64,000 nucleotides of DNA, from assembly GCA_963658925.1 (NCBI GenBank), contig CAVKRQ010000002.1:80017-144016 (forward strand), in the 5' to 3' direction. Numbering within the stretch: the first letter of the stretch is position 1; every line of letters starts with the position of its first letter. The notes under the pieces are model-generated. The model was not told the DNA's origin. It saw only the letters and a list, made by a program, of their open reading frames with translations, and searched no databases. Positions 35,957 through 46,900 of this stretch are shown here, piece after piece. The stretch is from a bacterium. GTDB taxonomy: Bacteria; Bacteroidota; Bacteroidia; Bacteroidales; Marinilabiliaceae. The translations under genes were made by a program, and so were the position numbers.

Positions 35957-38932
35957 ATGGCAGGAGGAATAAGAATTTCCAAAATCACCAAGGAGTGCGG
36001 CGTCGGAGTTAACACCGTCATCGAGGCCCTTAGCAAAAAGGGTGTCGATGTGGCTGGTTTCGACAATAACACCAAGTTGTCTGAGGAGCAGTATAAGCTG
36101 ATCGCCTCGGAGTTCAAAGTGGATCGCGAGGCCAAGCAGCAAGTGGCCAAGGTCGAGGGTATTTCGGCAAAAGGCAAGGCCGACAAGTCCATCGGCATCA
36201 ATGAGAACGGCGATGTCGTGGAGACCAAGCCGGTCAAGGAGGTCAAGGCTGAGTCCAAAGGCCCTAAAGTTGTAGGGTTTGTCGACCTTGACAAGTCCGG
36301 CAAGGCTAAGGCCGCTGAGCCTGAGCAGAAAAAAACGCAGCCCGCTGAGCAAAAGCCCGTGGCCGCTGAGGTCAAACCCCAGCCTGCACCTGTGGCTCAG
36401 GCAGCCCCTGTCGAGAAGAAGCCTGCGGAGCCCGAGGTGAAAAAACAGGAGCCTGTGACTGTTGCTGAGAAGAAGGTGGAGAAGCCTGTTGAGCAGCCAG
36501 CCCCGACAACTGACGTGAAGCCACAGCCCGCACCCGCCGCACCCAAACCTGCCGAGCCAAAGGCTGAGTCTCCAAAACCAGCGGAGGCTAAGCCTGTTGA
36601 GCCAATTCACCCCAAACCAGCCGAAGCCGCGAAGCCCGCAGAGCCTACGCCGGCGGCTAACGAAACCTCTGCGGAGGCTGCCGAGGGCCAGGTCAATGCC
36701 GACGGCGTGTTCCGTCTCAATGAGAAGACAACCCTTACAGGTCCCAAGGTGCTCGGCAAGATTGAGTTGCCCGTCAGCGGTGGCGATTTCCGCGGTGGCA
36801 AGCACAAGAAGCGTGAGCGCATCAACAAGAAGGGTGAGAAGGTCGATGTCTCTTCACCCACAACCATCAATAAGGTCAACAGCGACATAAACAAGGAGCG
36901 CAGCAAGCAGAAGCAGCAGCAGAAGCAGCAGCAGGCTGCCGCCCAACAGCAGCAGAACCGCAAGGATAAACAGCGCGGCAAGAAAGCCGGCGCTAATAAT
37001 GCGCAGCCCGCCAAGTCGCAGGAGGCAAGCGAGGAGGATGTTCAGAGGCAGGTCAAGGAGACGCTCGCTCGTCTCACCGCCAAAGGACACAAGACCACCA
37101 CTTCAAAGCACAACCGAGACAAGCGCGAGGCTGTCCGCCAGCGCGAGGCCGAGGAGGCTGAGCGTCAGGAGCAGGAGAAGAGCATCCTCAAGGTGACTGA
37201 GTTCGTGACTGCGTCCGAGCTCGCCACCATGATGAATGTGCCTGTCAATAAGGTCATCGCGACTTTCATGTCTCTCGGCATGTTCGTCTCCATCAACCAG
37301 CGCCTCGACGCTGAGTCTCTCTCCATTGTCGCCGAGGAGTTCGGCTTCAAGGTCGAGTTCATCAGTGTAGACAAGGCGCATGAGGTCGAGGAGGAGGAGG
37401 ACGATGAGAGCTCTCTCGAGGAGCGTCCGCCCATCGTCACCGTCATGGGTCACGTCGATCATGGTAAGACATCTCTGCTCGACTATATCCGCAAGACGAA
37501 TGTCATCCAGGGTGAGGCCGGCGGCATCACTCAGCACATCGGCGCCTATGGCGTGACGCTCGAGAACGGACGCAAGATTACTTTCCTTGACACCCCTGGC
37601 CACGAGGCGTTCACCGCCATGCGTGCCCGCGGCGCCCAAGTCACCGATGTCGCCATCATCATTGTGGCTGCCGATGACAGCGTCATGCCCCAGACCATTG
37701 AGGCCATCAACCACGCGTCAGCGGCCAATGTGCCAATCGTCTTCGCCATCAACAAGATTGATAAGCCGGGCGCCAACCCCGACAAGATTCGTGAGGCTCT
37801 CGCCCAAATGAACTACCTCGTTGAGGAGTGGGGCGGTAAGTATCAGTGCCAAGAGATTTCAGCAAAGAAGGGTCTCAATGTGGACAAGCTTCTTGAGAAG
37901 GTGCTCCTTGTCGCCGATCTTCAGGAGCTCAAGGCTAACCCCAACCGCAAGGCGAGTGGCAATGTCATCGAGAGCTCGCTCGACAAGGGTCGAGGCTATG
38001 TCGCCACCATGCTTGTCCGTAATGGTACTCTCCGCACTGGCGACATGGTCGTCTGCGGTTCCAACTACGGCCGTGTGAAAGCCATGTTCAATGAGCGCAA
38101 CCAAAAGGTTGAGGCCGCAGGTCCTTCTGCCCCTGTGCTAGTCCTCGGTCTCAATGGCGCGCCTCAGGCAGGCGAGAAGTTCAACGTCTTCGAGGACGAG
38201 AAGGAGGCCAAGGAGGTAGCCAACAAGCGCGACCAGTTGCAGCGTGAGTTCTCAATGCGCGCAACGCCCCACATCACTCTCGACGAGATCGGACGCCGTA
38301 TCGCTCTCGGCAACTTCCAGGAGCTCAACGTTATCGTCAAGGGCGACGTGGACGGTTCTGTCGAGGCTCTCTCCGACTCTCTCATCAAGCTCTCTACCGA
38401 CGAGATAAGGGTCAATGTCATCCACAAGGCTGTCGGTCAGATCTCAGAGACCGATATCATGCTCGCGGCAGCATCCAACGCTGTCGTCATCGGCTTCCAG
38501 GTACGTCCATCTTCTGGCGCGCGCAAGTTGGCTGAGCGTGAGAAGATTGATATCCGACTCTACTCCATCATCTACGATGCCATCGAGGAGCTCAAGAGCG
38601 CCATGGAAGGCATGCTCTCGCCCGAAATCCGCGAGCAAGTCACTGGCAACCTCGAAATCAAGGAGACTTTCAAAATCTCCAAGGTCGGCACCATCGCCGG
38701 CTGCTTCGTCAACGATGGCAAGGTCAAGAGCAAGAGCAAGGTCCGCATCATCCGCGACGGTATTGTCGTTCACACTGGAGAGCTCGAAAGCCTCAAGCGT
38801 TTCAAGGACGACGTCAAGGAGGTTGTCGCCGGCTTGGAGTGCGGTCTCAACGTCAAGGGATACAATGATATCCAGGTTGGCGATATCATCGAGGCCTATG
38901 AGGAGATCGAGGTCGCTCGCAAACTCTCTTAG
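35957..38932 (+). CDS. infB: Translation initiation factor IF-2
   Basis: 991 aa. G-domain [28 protein letters not shown]. The N-terminal region is low-complexity (KPAEP-like repeats and a Q-rich run). Confidence 0.97.
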   Translation: MAGGIRISKITKECGVGVNTVIEALSKKGVDVAGFDNNTKLSEEQYKLIASEFKVDREAKQQVAKVEGISAKGKADKSIGINENGDVVETKPVKEVKAESKGPKVVGFVDLDKSGKAKAAEPEQKKTQPAEQKPVAAEVKPQPAPVAQAAPVEKKPAEPEVKKQEPVTVAEKKVEKPVEQPAPTTDVKPQPAPAAPKPAEPKAESPKPAEAKPVEPIHPKPAEAAKPAEPTPAANETSAEAAEGQVNADGVFRLNEKTTLTGPKVLGKIELPVSGGDFRGGKHKKRERINKKGEKVDVSSPTTINKVNSDINKERSKQKQQQKQQQAAAQQQQNRKDKQRGKKAGANNAQPAKSQEASEEDVQRQVKETLARLTAKGHKTTTSKHNRDKREAVRQREAEEAERQEQEKSILKVTEFVTASELATMMNVPVNKVIATFMSLGMFVSINQRLDAESLSIVAEEFGFKVEFISVDKAHEVEEEEDDESSLEERPPIVTVMGHVDHGKTSLLDYIRKTNVIQGEAGGITQHIGAYGVTLENGRKITFLDTPGHEAFTAMRARGAQVTDVAIIIVAADDSVMPQTIEAINHASAANVPIVFAINKIDKPGANPDKIREALAQMNYLVEEWGGKYQCQEISAKKGLNVDKLLEKVLLVADLQELKANPNRKASGNVIESSLDKGRGYVATMLVRNGTLRTGDMVVCGSNYGRVKAMFNERNQKVEAAGPSAPVLVLGLNGAPQAGEKFNVFEDEKEAKEVANKRDQLQREFSMRATPHITLDEIGRRIALGNFQELNVIVKGDVDGSVEALSDSLIKLSTDEIRVNVIHKAVGQISETDIMLAAASNAVVIGFQVRPSSGARKLAEREKIDIRLYSIIYDAIEELKSAMEGMLSPEIREQVTGNLEIKETFKISKVGTIAGCFVNDGKVKSKSKVRIIRDGIVVHTGELESLKRFKDDVKEVVAGLECGLNVKGYNDIQVGDIIEAYEEIEVARKLS

Positions 38933-38981
38933 TCTGATATGTATGGCTCGCATTAAGCCATTCATGGCATAAAAATCACTC

Positions 38982-39019
38982 AGGAGGTGGGGTTCTTTGC
39001 AATCCCGCCTCCTTTTTTA
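38982..39019 (+). terminator. Rho-independent terminator after infB
   Basis: 13-bp stem AGGAGGTGGGGTT / AATCCCGCCTCCT (two G-U pairs), followed by T6. Confidence 0.75.
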
Positions 39020-39051
39020 TCTCTCTTAACCGCATCACAAATCATCTCAAT

Positions 39052-40362
39052 ATGGCAGTAACCAATATATCCGAATCCGCGGAGCGGGGCAATGACTCAA
39101 ACGGCTGGCGATGGGTCCCGCCTCTCTATGTCTTTCAGGGCGTGCCGTCATGCCTTGTCATGACTACGTCTGCCTTGCTCTACAATGACATGGGTGTCTC
39201 CATGACCTCTTTCGCTTTTTGGACGAGCCTAGTTTGCCTGCCTTGGTCGCTTAAGCCACTTTGGGCCCCCTTCGTTGAGCGTTACTCTACTAAGCTCCAG
39301 TGGGTGCGCCTCTCGCAGGTTGTCCTTGTCTTGGCGTTCGTGCTTTTGGCCCTCTCGATGCTCACCCCTGCATTCTATCCGCTGTCTTTGTCCCTGATGC
39401 TTATCGTGGCGTTGGCGTCGTCTTGCCATGACATAGCGTGTGATGGCTTCTACATGATGGCGCTTTCCGAAAGCCAGCAGTCTTTTTTTGTCGGCATCCG
39501 CTCTACGTTCTACCGCATTGCAATGGTCGCCACCACCGGATTAGTGCCGCTCGTGGTAGGCCTCGTCAAGGATGGTGGTGGTGACGCCCAATCCTCAGCC
39601 TCCTATGGTTGGGCTGCGGGCATCGGTTTGTCCGCTCTCATCTTGTTTGTCATGGCTGTGATGTGCCGTGTGGGGATGCCCTCCATCCGTGAGATGAACG
39701 GAAGGCAGGACGATAGTCTGCAAATATTCATCCGCGCCTTGCGCTCTTTCTTTTCTCACCCGGGAGCCATTGCCGCCGTTGTCTTTTTCTTCGTCTATAG
39801 GCTTGGCGAGTCGCTCATCACAAAGGCCGTCCTGCCTTTTCTCAACTCGTCCCGTATGGCGGGAGGTTTGGGGCTTGAGGTCGGAGAGTGCGGAATAATA
39901 TATGGCACTTATGGCGTCATAGCCCTTGTGGCAGGAGGTATCTTGGGCGGCATACTCGCCTCGCGGATTGGTCTGCGCCGTGCTTTGTGGCCAATGATCG
40001 CGTTCATGAATGTGCCAAACATAGCCTATGTCATTCTTGCGCACTTCATGCCCGACACGACGAGCCTTTGGATTCCTGCCGCGGTCATGGTTGAGCAATT
40101 TGGCTATGGCTTCGGTTTCACGGCCTATATGCTCGTTATGCTCAACTATGTGGCGGATGCCGAGTACAAGGCGGCCGAGTACGCCATTGGCACCTCCATC
40201 ATGTCCCTCAGCCTCATAATACCCGGAATGGCTGCCGGCTACCTTAAGGAGAATATTCTTGGCGACTCGTATGAGCTCCTGTTCATTGTCGCCTGCTTCG
40301 CCACAATCCCGGGAATTATCGCCGCCTTCTTTTTGAAAATAAAAGAGGCTGTTAAGGACTAA
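39052..40362 (+). CDS. ampG: MFS transporter, AmpG-like (muropeptide permease family)
   Basis: 436 aa with about 12 TM segments. LPWSLKPLWAPFVERY resembles the AmpG motif KFLWSPLMDRY. Confidence 0.75.
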   Translation: MAVTNISESAERGNDSNGWRWVPPLYVFQGVPSCLVMTTSALLYNDMGVSMTSFAFWTSLVCLPWSLKPLWAPFVERYSTKLQWVRLSQVVLVLAFVLLALSMLTPAFYPLSLSLMLIVALASSCHDIACDGFYMMALSESQQSFFVGIRSTFYRIAMVATTGLVPLVVGLVKDGGGDAQSSASYGWAAGIGLSALILFVMAVMCRVGMPSIREMNGRQDDSLQIFIRALRSFFSHPGAIAAVVFFFVYRLGESLITKAVLPFLNSSRMAGGLGLEVGECGIIYGTYGVIALVAGGILGGILASRIGLRRALWPMIAFMNVPNIAYVILAHFMPDTTSLWIPAAVMVEQFGYGFGFTAYMLVMLNYVADAEYKAAEYAIGTSIMSLSLIIPGMAAGYLKENILGDSYELLFIVACFATIPGIIAAFFLKIKEAVKD

Positions 40363-40379
40363 CTTGACCCTTTTTTCGC

Positions 40380-40387
40380 TATCTTTG
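40380..40387 (+). promoter_or_regulatory. Candidate -7 box (TATCTTTG) for tRNA-Arg
   Basis: Matches TAnnTTTG, 15 nt upstream of the mature tRNA 5' end. Confidence 0.35.
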
Positions 40388-40402
40388 CACCGCAAATGTG
40401 AT

Positions 40403-40476
40403 GGTTCCGTAGCTCAGCTGGATAGAGCAACAGCCTTCTAAGCTGTGGGTCTTGGGTTCGAATCCCAACGGAATCA
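40403..40476 (+). tRNA. tRNA-Arg (anticodon TCT)
   Basis: Folds by hand into a cloverleaf. Acceptor GGTTCCG/CGGAATC. D arm GCTC-AGCTGGATA-GAGC. Anticodon arm ACAGC-CTTCTAA-GCTGT. T arm TTGGG-TTCGAAT-CCCAA. Discriminator A. 74 nt, no encoded CCA. Confidence 0.92.
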
Positions 40477-40488
40477 CTTCATTCCTAA

Positions 40489-40520
40489 GCCTCGTCCCTT
40501 TTCGGGTCGGGGCTTTTTCT
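40489..40520 (+). terminator. Hairpin + T-run after tRNA-Arg
   Basis: GCCTCGTCCC-ttttc-GGGTCGGGGC (one wobble, one mismatch), followed by TTTTTCT. Confidence 0.5.
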
Positions 40521-40864
40521 ATTTCCGCTATCAATTATCTTGTGTCAGGCTGCCTTATTATCCTTGGTAATCAAAATTGGCGCAATTAGCAGTGTGGGCT
40601 GTTTCTCCGCCAGAATAGTTCATAGTGAGTCTCTTTACCGCCGAACAGGCTTTGGGGCAGTCGCAATGCAAAGTGGTAAATCACCAGCCTTGTATCTTAA
40701 ACCAAGCAATTTTGGACAAATATCTGGCATTTGTTCCATCCATCATAGTAAATCCTTGGGCAAGGTATGCCCTCCTTAATATCCCCTGATACCGCTCCTT
40801 ATGTTTGTCATGCGACGTCTCACTCTCTCGCGGTTATTCCTCCCATTCCACGCTTGCCACACAC

Positions 40865-40904
40865 AAAAATCCCGCCAAGGACTCATCAAGTCTTGGCGGG
40901 ATTT
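40865..40904 (-). terminator. Rho-independent terminator after sprA
   Basis: AATCCCGCCAAGGAC / GTCTTGGCGGGATT stem with one bulged G. On the minus strand it is followed by TTTTTGTGTG. It sits about 25 nt past the sprA stop. Confidence 0.65.
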
Positions 40905-40929
40905 CCTTCTGTATTGCTGTACCCTTTTT

Positions 40930-43900
40930 TTACTCAGTCAACTGCAATTGGAAGCTGAGGCCGACGTTGATGTTGTTTGTCGGATAGGATGATGACACGT
41001 AAGGGTTGGTCAGTGTCTGGTCATAGTAGAACTGGATGTTGAACCGCTGTGTCATTGCGTAGTCGGCTGCGAACTTAATGCCCGTGCTGCGGTTGCCGCT
41101 CGCCAGCTCATTGGTCGCCTCCTCTATGCGTCGCAATATCGTGTAGCTGTCGCGCTGGGACAATCCCAACGTCAGGTTCAATGTGTTGTTAAACCCGCCA
41201 TTGGGTTTCTTGCCCACGAAAATCTTGACGTTGTCAAAACGGTAGCCGAGGTTCACTGTCCACTCGTTGCTGTAGTTCTCGGTTATCTGGTTGTTTGAGA
41301 CGTTCAGTGTCAAGGTCCTGCCTTTGTTTATTGAGACGTTGGCTGTCATGTTGTTCACAAAGGTCGCCGATATTCCAATGAAGGGGCTGAACTGCTCGGC
41401 AATGGAAACCGTCGAGGCGTCATACTCGGGGACATAGTTGTCATTTATGTCGCGAATGTAGCTCAGCCCGTCGCCAGACTGCTCCCACTCCAGATTGGTC
41501 GTGAACTGACCCACGGTATATTTTGACGTGTAGCTGTGGTTCAACTCTATGTTCCTCACTTTCTCTTTCAACGCCTTGATGTTGTTCAATCCGCTGAATG
41601 TCACTCGCCAGTTGGGACACATGGCGCTGAGTTTGGGGACGAGGTCTAAGAATACGCTGCCTGTCGATTTGCCGCTGTAGGCAGCCACGAATGCAGGTAT
41701 CATGACTTCTTGCGAGGTCAGTCCATATCCATCCTGTCCGCCATCATCTCGCAGCGAGCCTGTTCCGCTTCCATTCCGGCTCGCCCTGCTGACGGCCAAT
41801 CTGGTCGATATCCGCTTGCGCGCCTCAAGGAAGCTGTCATACACTCCGTAGGTCAACGCTCCGCTCTTTTTCGGCTTTTTGAAGGCTGTGCGGATGGCGT
41901 TATAGGTTATGGATGTCGTTCCGCTCTCCATGGTGCTATATACGCCCGCAAATCCGTTTGCCGAGTATATGTAATACTCGCTCAGGTCTTTTGACTTGCT
42001 GCGTTGTGCCGTAAGCTCGATTTTGAGCGCCTTGAACAACTCGATGGATGCGCGCAGCTGCAGGTTGTCGCTGTGGGTCATCTCATACGGGTCGTTGAAT
42101 GTGGTGTCTGTGGTCAGCCACCCGTTCTCCGCGGCCCTTCGGGCAAAACCGCGCTCCTGTATGCCGGTGATGAATTTGAAGCCTGGCGCGCGCGCTCCGC
42201 TGACACCAGCGGTGCCAAGGAAGTGGCTGCCTGGCATGTAGCCCGGCAATGTGGTGCCGTTGTTCTCCGAATAGCTCAGGCTGACGCTCTTGATTGATGT
42301 CAGAACCATCAGCGCCATGTCTTTGAAGACGTTGCGCTGTTCGCCCTTGTCCTCGCTTATGGTGCCGGTTATGACTATTCGCGAGTTGTCGCTCGCCATG
42401 CTCGGTGTGAACACCGCCGTGTTGCTGTCAATGGCCTTTAGCGTACCCTTGATGCTGTGACCCTTGGCGTCGAATGCGCGGGCGCTCACGTCGTCGGTCT
42501 TAAGGTTGTGGCTGATGGTAACAGGTTCGCCCGGTGTCAGCTTGACGTTGCGCTGGGTGTAGTTGACTGTCTTGCCCTGCGACTTGCGCTGCTGGCGTGT
42601 GTTGTTCGACAGGTTGTAGTGGTCATACAGGTCACGCAGGTACTTCGATTTGTTATACAGTGTGCCGAAGTTGCCCATCACGTTGGCCTGCTCGGTGTTC
42701 TTGTTGCTGATCACGTTGCCCCACTCAAAGTCTTCTGTCTCGCTGCCGCGCTCCCATGTGTACACGCCCTTATATGTGGCGTTGGCTGTCAGGAAGTTGA
42801 GGTAGGGCAGTTTGTTGATCGGGATGTTCCAACTCAAGTCTATGTTGTGCTGGTAGTTCTGGACTGTGCCGAATTTCTTGATGTTGCTCCAGACTGAGTC
42901 GCGCCAAAGCTTGTACTCGTCGGGGTACAGGTCTTTGTTGACAGGTCCGTCGGGCTCGTCTATCCTGGTGTTGGTCACAGAGCTGAAACCGAATTTCAAG
43001 TTCCTGGTTATGTTATACCTCAGGTCGAAATATCGGTTCCAATAGAAGTCTTTCGTCACGCTGATGGGCACAATGTAGTCAGGGTTGGTCACATTGCGCT
43101 TCTGCACCTCCTGATAGCTGCGGTCCACATCCCAACGGTAACTAAGTTGCGATGGCGCCGTGTAGAATGTGACGTCTTTTATTATGCCTAAGTATTTGCT
43201 GCTCAACTTGGTTTTCTTGAGTGGCTGCACTGTCTTGACGCCTGTCGAGTAGTTGTAGCCCAAGGTCCCGTTAATCTGTTTGGTGTAGTCATATTGGGTC
43301 TCTGGGCTTGTCTTGTTCGTCGTGCTTATGCTGTATGACGCGGACAGGTTCGAGGGCGACAGCATCGTCACTTTCTTACCACGTGCGGGTTTAATCCTTA
43401 CGTTGGTGAAGTTGAGGCTCTTTATTGTCTCCGTGGTCTGGGAAATCTCTTTTATGCTGTCCTCCTCCGCCTTAGTCTGAGCCTGAGCCAAGACTGTGCT
43501 CATCAGGACGTCGGTGTCGTATGGCGAATATTTAGGCATGGATGTCGTGCGGCTATACCCCGCATAGACAGGAAGGCTGAGGCGTGAGTTCGGACCCAGG
43601 AATTTGCCCATCTCCAGATTGGCTGATATGTCAAACTGGCGGTTCTCGTCCAGGCTTCGCTCTGTCACGCTCTGGTCTATGCTTCCAAATCCGACGCTTG
43701 AGTATTGTCCCGACGCCTGAACCGTGCCAATGTCCGCCAATCGGATTGTGGCTCGTCCGCGGGCCGCCCATCCGCCTTGCTCGTTGAAGTCGGTAAGCCT
43801 CAACTCGTTGAACCATACCTCCGCGCTCTTCGTCCCGGCTCCATGCGCGCGCACGCCCATCATCATGACGACGACGTTGCCTGTGCTCGGGTTGCCTTTT

Positions 43901-46900
43901 ATCCTGACTCGGTTGTTGTTATTGTCCGGGTCGGTTATGGTGTAGACATCTTGCAGCGTGACGTCTGACCCTGCCTCGCGCCTGGCCTCGTTGCGCGCCA
44001 GTTTGCACTCGGTCAAGACGGAGATGGGGATGTCGAGGTTGTTGGCCTCGGGCCACACGGCGTAACGGTCAGCGTCGCTGTTGCTGCTGTAGATGCCTTG
44101 GGGCGTCAGTGTCAGGGGAATCTCATACTCGTAGTAGTTGTCCTCGTAGTCTGAGCCTATGCGGATGAAGGCACTCAACTGGTTGTCTTCGAGCGGCTCA
44201 CCCTCCAGAGCCTCGGCGTGAATGAACATCTTGAGGCGCCTGTAGTTGCGGAAGTCCATGTTGAGGGTCTTATATACCGCGCGTGCGTCGCCATTTGCCA
44301 AGTCGGTTACTTTCATCGAGTAGGCCTGCTCGTTAAGCTGACGCAGCTGGGGGTTTGACGGGTCGACCACGCGGTCCACGCCAGGGGGCAGCACATAGTT
44401 GACCGGCGTGCGCCTGTCATTCTCCTCAATGTTGACTGTCGATGTCGACATAGTCGTGGCTGCAGAGGTCTGGCCGTCTTCCTCGACTAAGCTCTCTGTG
44501 TATTTGCGCCACTCGCCCTTGACAAGCTCCAAGGTGGCGAGACGCACTATGCACGTGTCCTGAAAGCCGGTCATGAAGAGGCGGATAAACTGCATGGAGG
44601 TCATGTCGCTTATGTCGCCGACTACTTTGTCAGGTTGTGCGATGGGTATCTTGAACTGGTACCATTTGATGGTCTCGGTCTTGCCGTTCGCCAATTTGGT
44701 GGTCGTCTCCAACTGGTCGGCAATGTAGTTCTTGCCCACTTGCATGTCGGTGGGGTGGAGAGATACGTGGTATTGGTAGTAACTCTCGTTCTCGTTCAGT
44801 GTGTAGTCGTCGTTCAGGTCCTCGTTGTCGGGCAGGTTGGTGGCCGCGGTCGAGTAGCTCTCCGGCGAGTACTCACTGGGCCGCGAGTTGCCCTCGGGGT
44901 TGTTGAATTTCTTGTATCGGTCCAGAATTGAGACCTGCTGCTGGTCATAGTCCGAACCCCTGAAGTAGTGGTAGTCGTCTCCCGCGGGGTCGTTCACAAT
45001 CTCGTTATACGCGGTCTCGCTGAGTTCGCCGTTGACGTACATCTGGCGAATCATGTCCATGTACGGATAGTCGGATTTGTTATAGAAGTACCGCTCTTTC
45101 TCCGAACTCATTCCGTTGAGGCCCACGTCCTGTGCCAACATGCTGGCGGCGTCTGTGTTGAAGCTGTTCACCAGGCTGTTGCTCTTGGGAATGTAGCCCC
45201 ACACCGTGCTGTCGCAGTTGAATTCCTCTCCAGGTACGGGCAACCCGTTCTCATATGACTTGCGCGAGTCGGGCAAGACGTCCTCACTCACTGAGCCTAT
45301 GTGGAAGTACAGCTCACCGCCCTTTCTGTCGCTCTGGTCATAGATGAACGGATCCATCATCCAGAACTCGATGTACTCAATGTTGGCGTTCTCGAAGTCC
45401 GTGGTCTCCAGTTTGCGCTGGATGCCGCCCCAGTTCTTCTCGGGGTTCGTCAGGTGGCCATTCACGTCGAGGTCGGTGGTGAAGTTATACGGGCCGCGCT
45501 CGTCAGGATAGTACGCCAAGTTGAGCATCGAGATGTTCGTGCTCTCGCCATAGGCCGCCTCGCGGTTGGGATACAGCTCGTCCTCATACACCTCGCGCAC
45601 ATAGTGGTTGCTCTTCTGCTCCAGGTCGTTCTTTATGTGACGCGGCGTATTGCTCATGTTGCGCAGGAACAGCGGGTCTATGCTGTACCATGCCAGCTTG
45701 GCTCGGTCGAATCCCGCTGACAGGTCGTTTGTCGTGTGCTGGTCGGGCGACAATGCGCCGCTGCCCTGGGGGCGACTGGCCAAATGCCAACCGCTCCACG
45801 CCTTGATGTCATATTTGACGCTCGAACCCTCGAAGTCGTCAATATATGCGGCGTCTATCGAGTTGGCGTGTCCCGCTATCAGCTTGGCCACCTCTCCCTC
45901 GAAGTTTATGGTGCTCGGAGTCTTGGTCGAGACGAGAGGCAGGGCGTCCAATGCGCGCGTCAGGAATGGCAACTCGTGGGTGTAGTCTATGTTGAAACCC
46001 AGCATCGTGTTGCTTATGCTCTCCTCGCCATATCCCACTTTGCTGGTCAATGGCTTCTCTTTCATGTGGATGAGGGTTCCGCCAATGTTGAAGTCTTTGT
46101 TCACCTCATAGTTCAAGTGGGTTCCCACCATCGTCTGAGTCTGTGTCGATATGGCCGACTCGTTCTCATACGAGATGTTTATGGCTGAGCCTGAGTTCAG
46201 GATGCCCTGGTTTAATATCCTCACGCGGCCCAATGAGTAGTCCACCGTGTAGTCCACGTTCTCTGCCAGCACTTGTCCGCCGGCCGTTACTGTCACCGAG
46301 CCTTGGGCTATGTTATATGCGCCAAGTGATATGTCGCTTGAGTTCTGGCTCTGGAACTTACCCTTGATTTTGAATTTGTTCTTCTTGGTCTGCTGCTTGG
46401 CATAAACCTGCGTACTGTCATATATGGCCGTGAAGGCGTATTTCTCAGCCAAGCTCGGCTCTTTCTTCAACTTCTCATACAGATAGCTGCCGAACGGCTC
46501 GCGCTCGGGGAATATGATTAGGCCGCGTTTCGAGTTGACAGTCACGCCGTCCACATAGTCATATTTGCCATCTGATGACACCTGGTTATAGCTGTTCAGT
46601 CGGTCGAGGTTGAGCATCTGCAGGTAGGTCTCACCATTATGGCCACCATTTACAGGGCGCTGACCCTCGTTGAAATAGTTGATATAGGTGCTGCTCGAGT
46701 CGTTGAGGTATACAATCTCGACCTCAAAGTCGTCATTCGTAATCTCATATCCGCCAAGCGAGTATACGTTCTTCATCATCAAGTCCCAGTTCTTATACTG
46801 GGGCGTGAGCGTAGTGCCTTTGAGCATTTTCAAATAAAGGCACTGGGGGGCGTTGACGCCGCTCGTTGACAGCTCGCCCACCGTGTAGGTCTGACCTCGG

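Noticed and set aside
36300-37100. Repetitive DNA in the infB 5' part (KPAEP-like and poly-Gln/Lys-coding runs).
   Set aside because: This is in-frame low-complexity sequence typical of the IF-2 N-terminal region. It is not a tandem DNA repeat element or mobile sequence.
40540-40992. Four overlapping plus-strand ORFs (60-79 aa) between tRNA-Arg and the sprA 3' end.
   Set aside because: They are mutually overlapping in different frames. Three run into the sprA coding region and terminator. The translations are Cys/Ser/Leu-rich without motifs.
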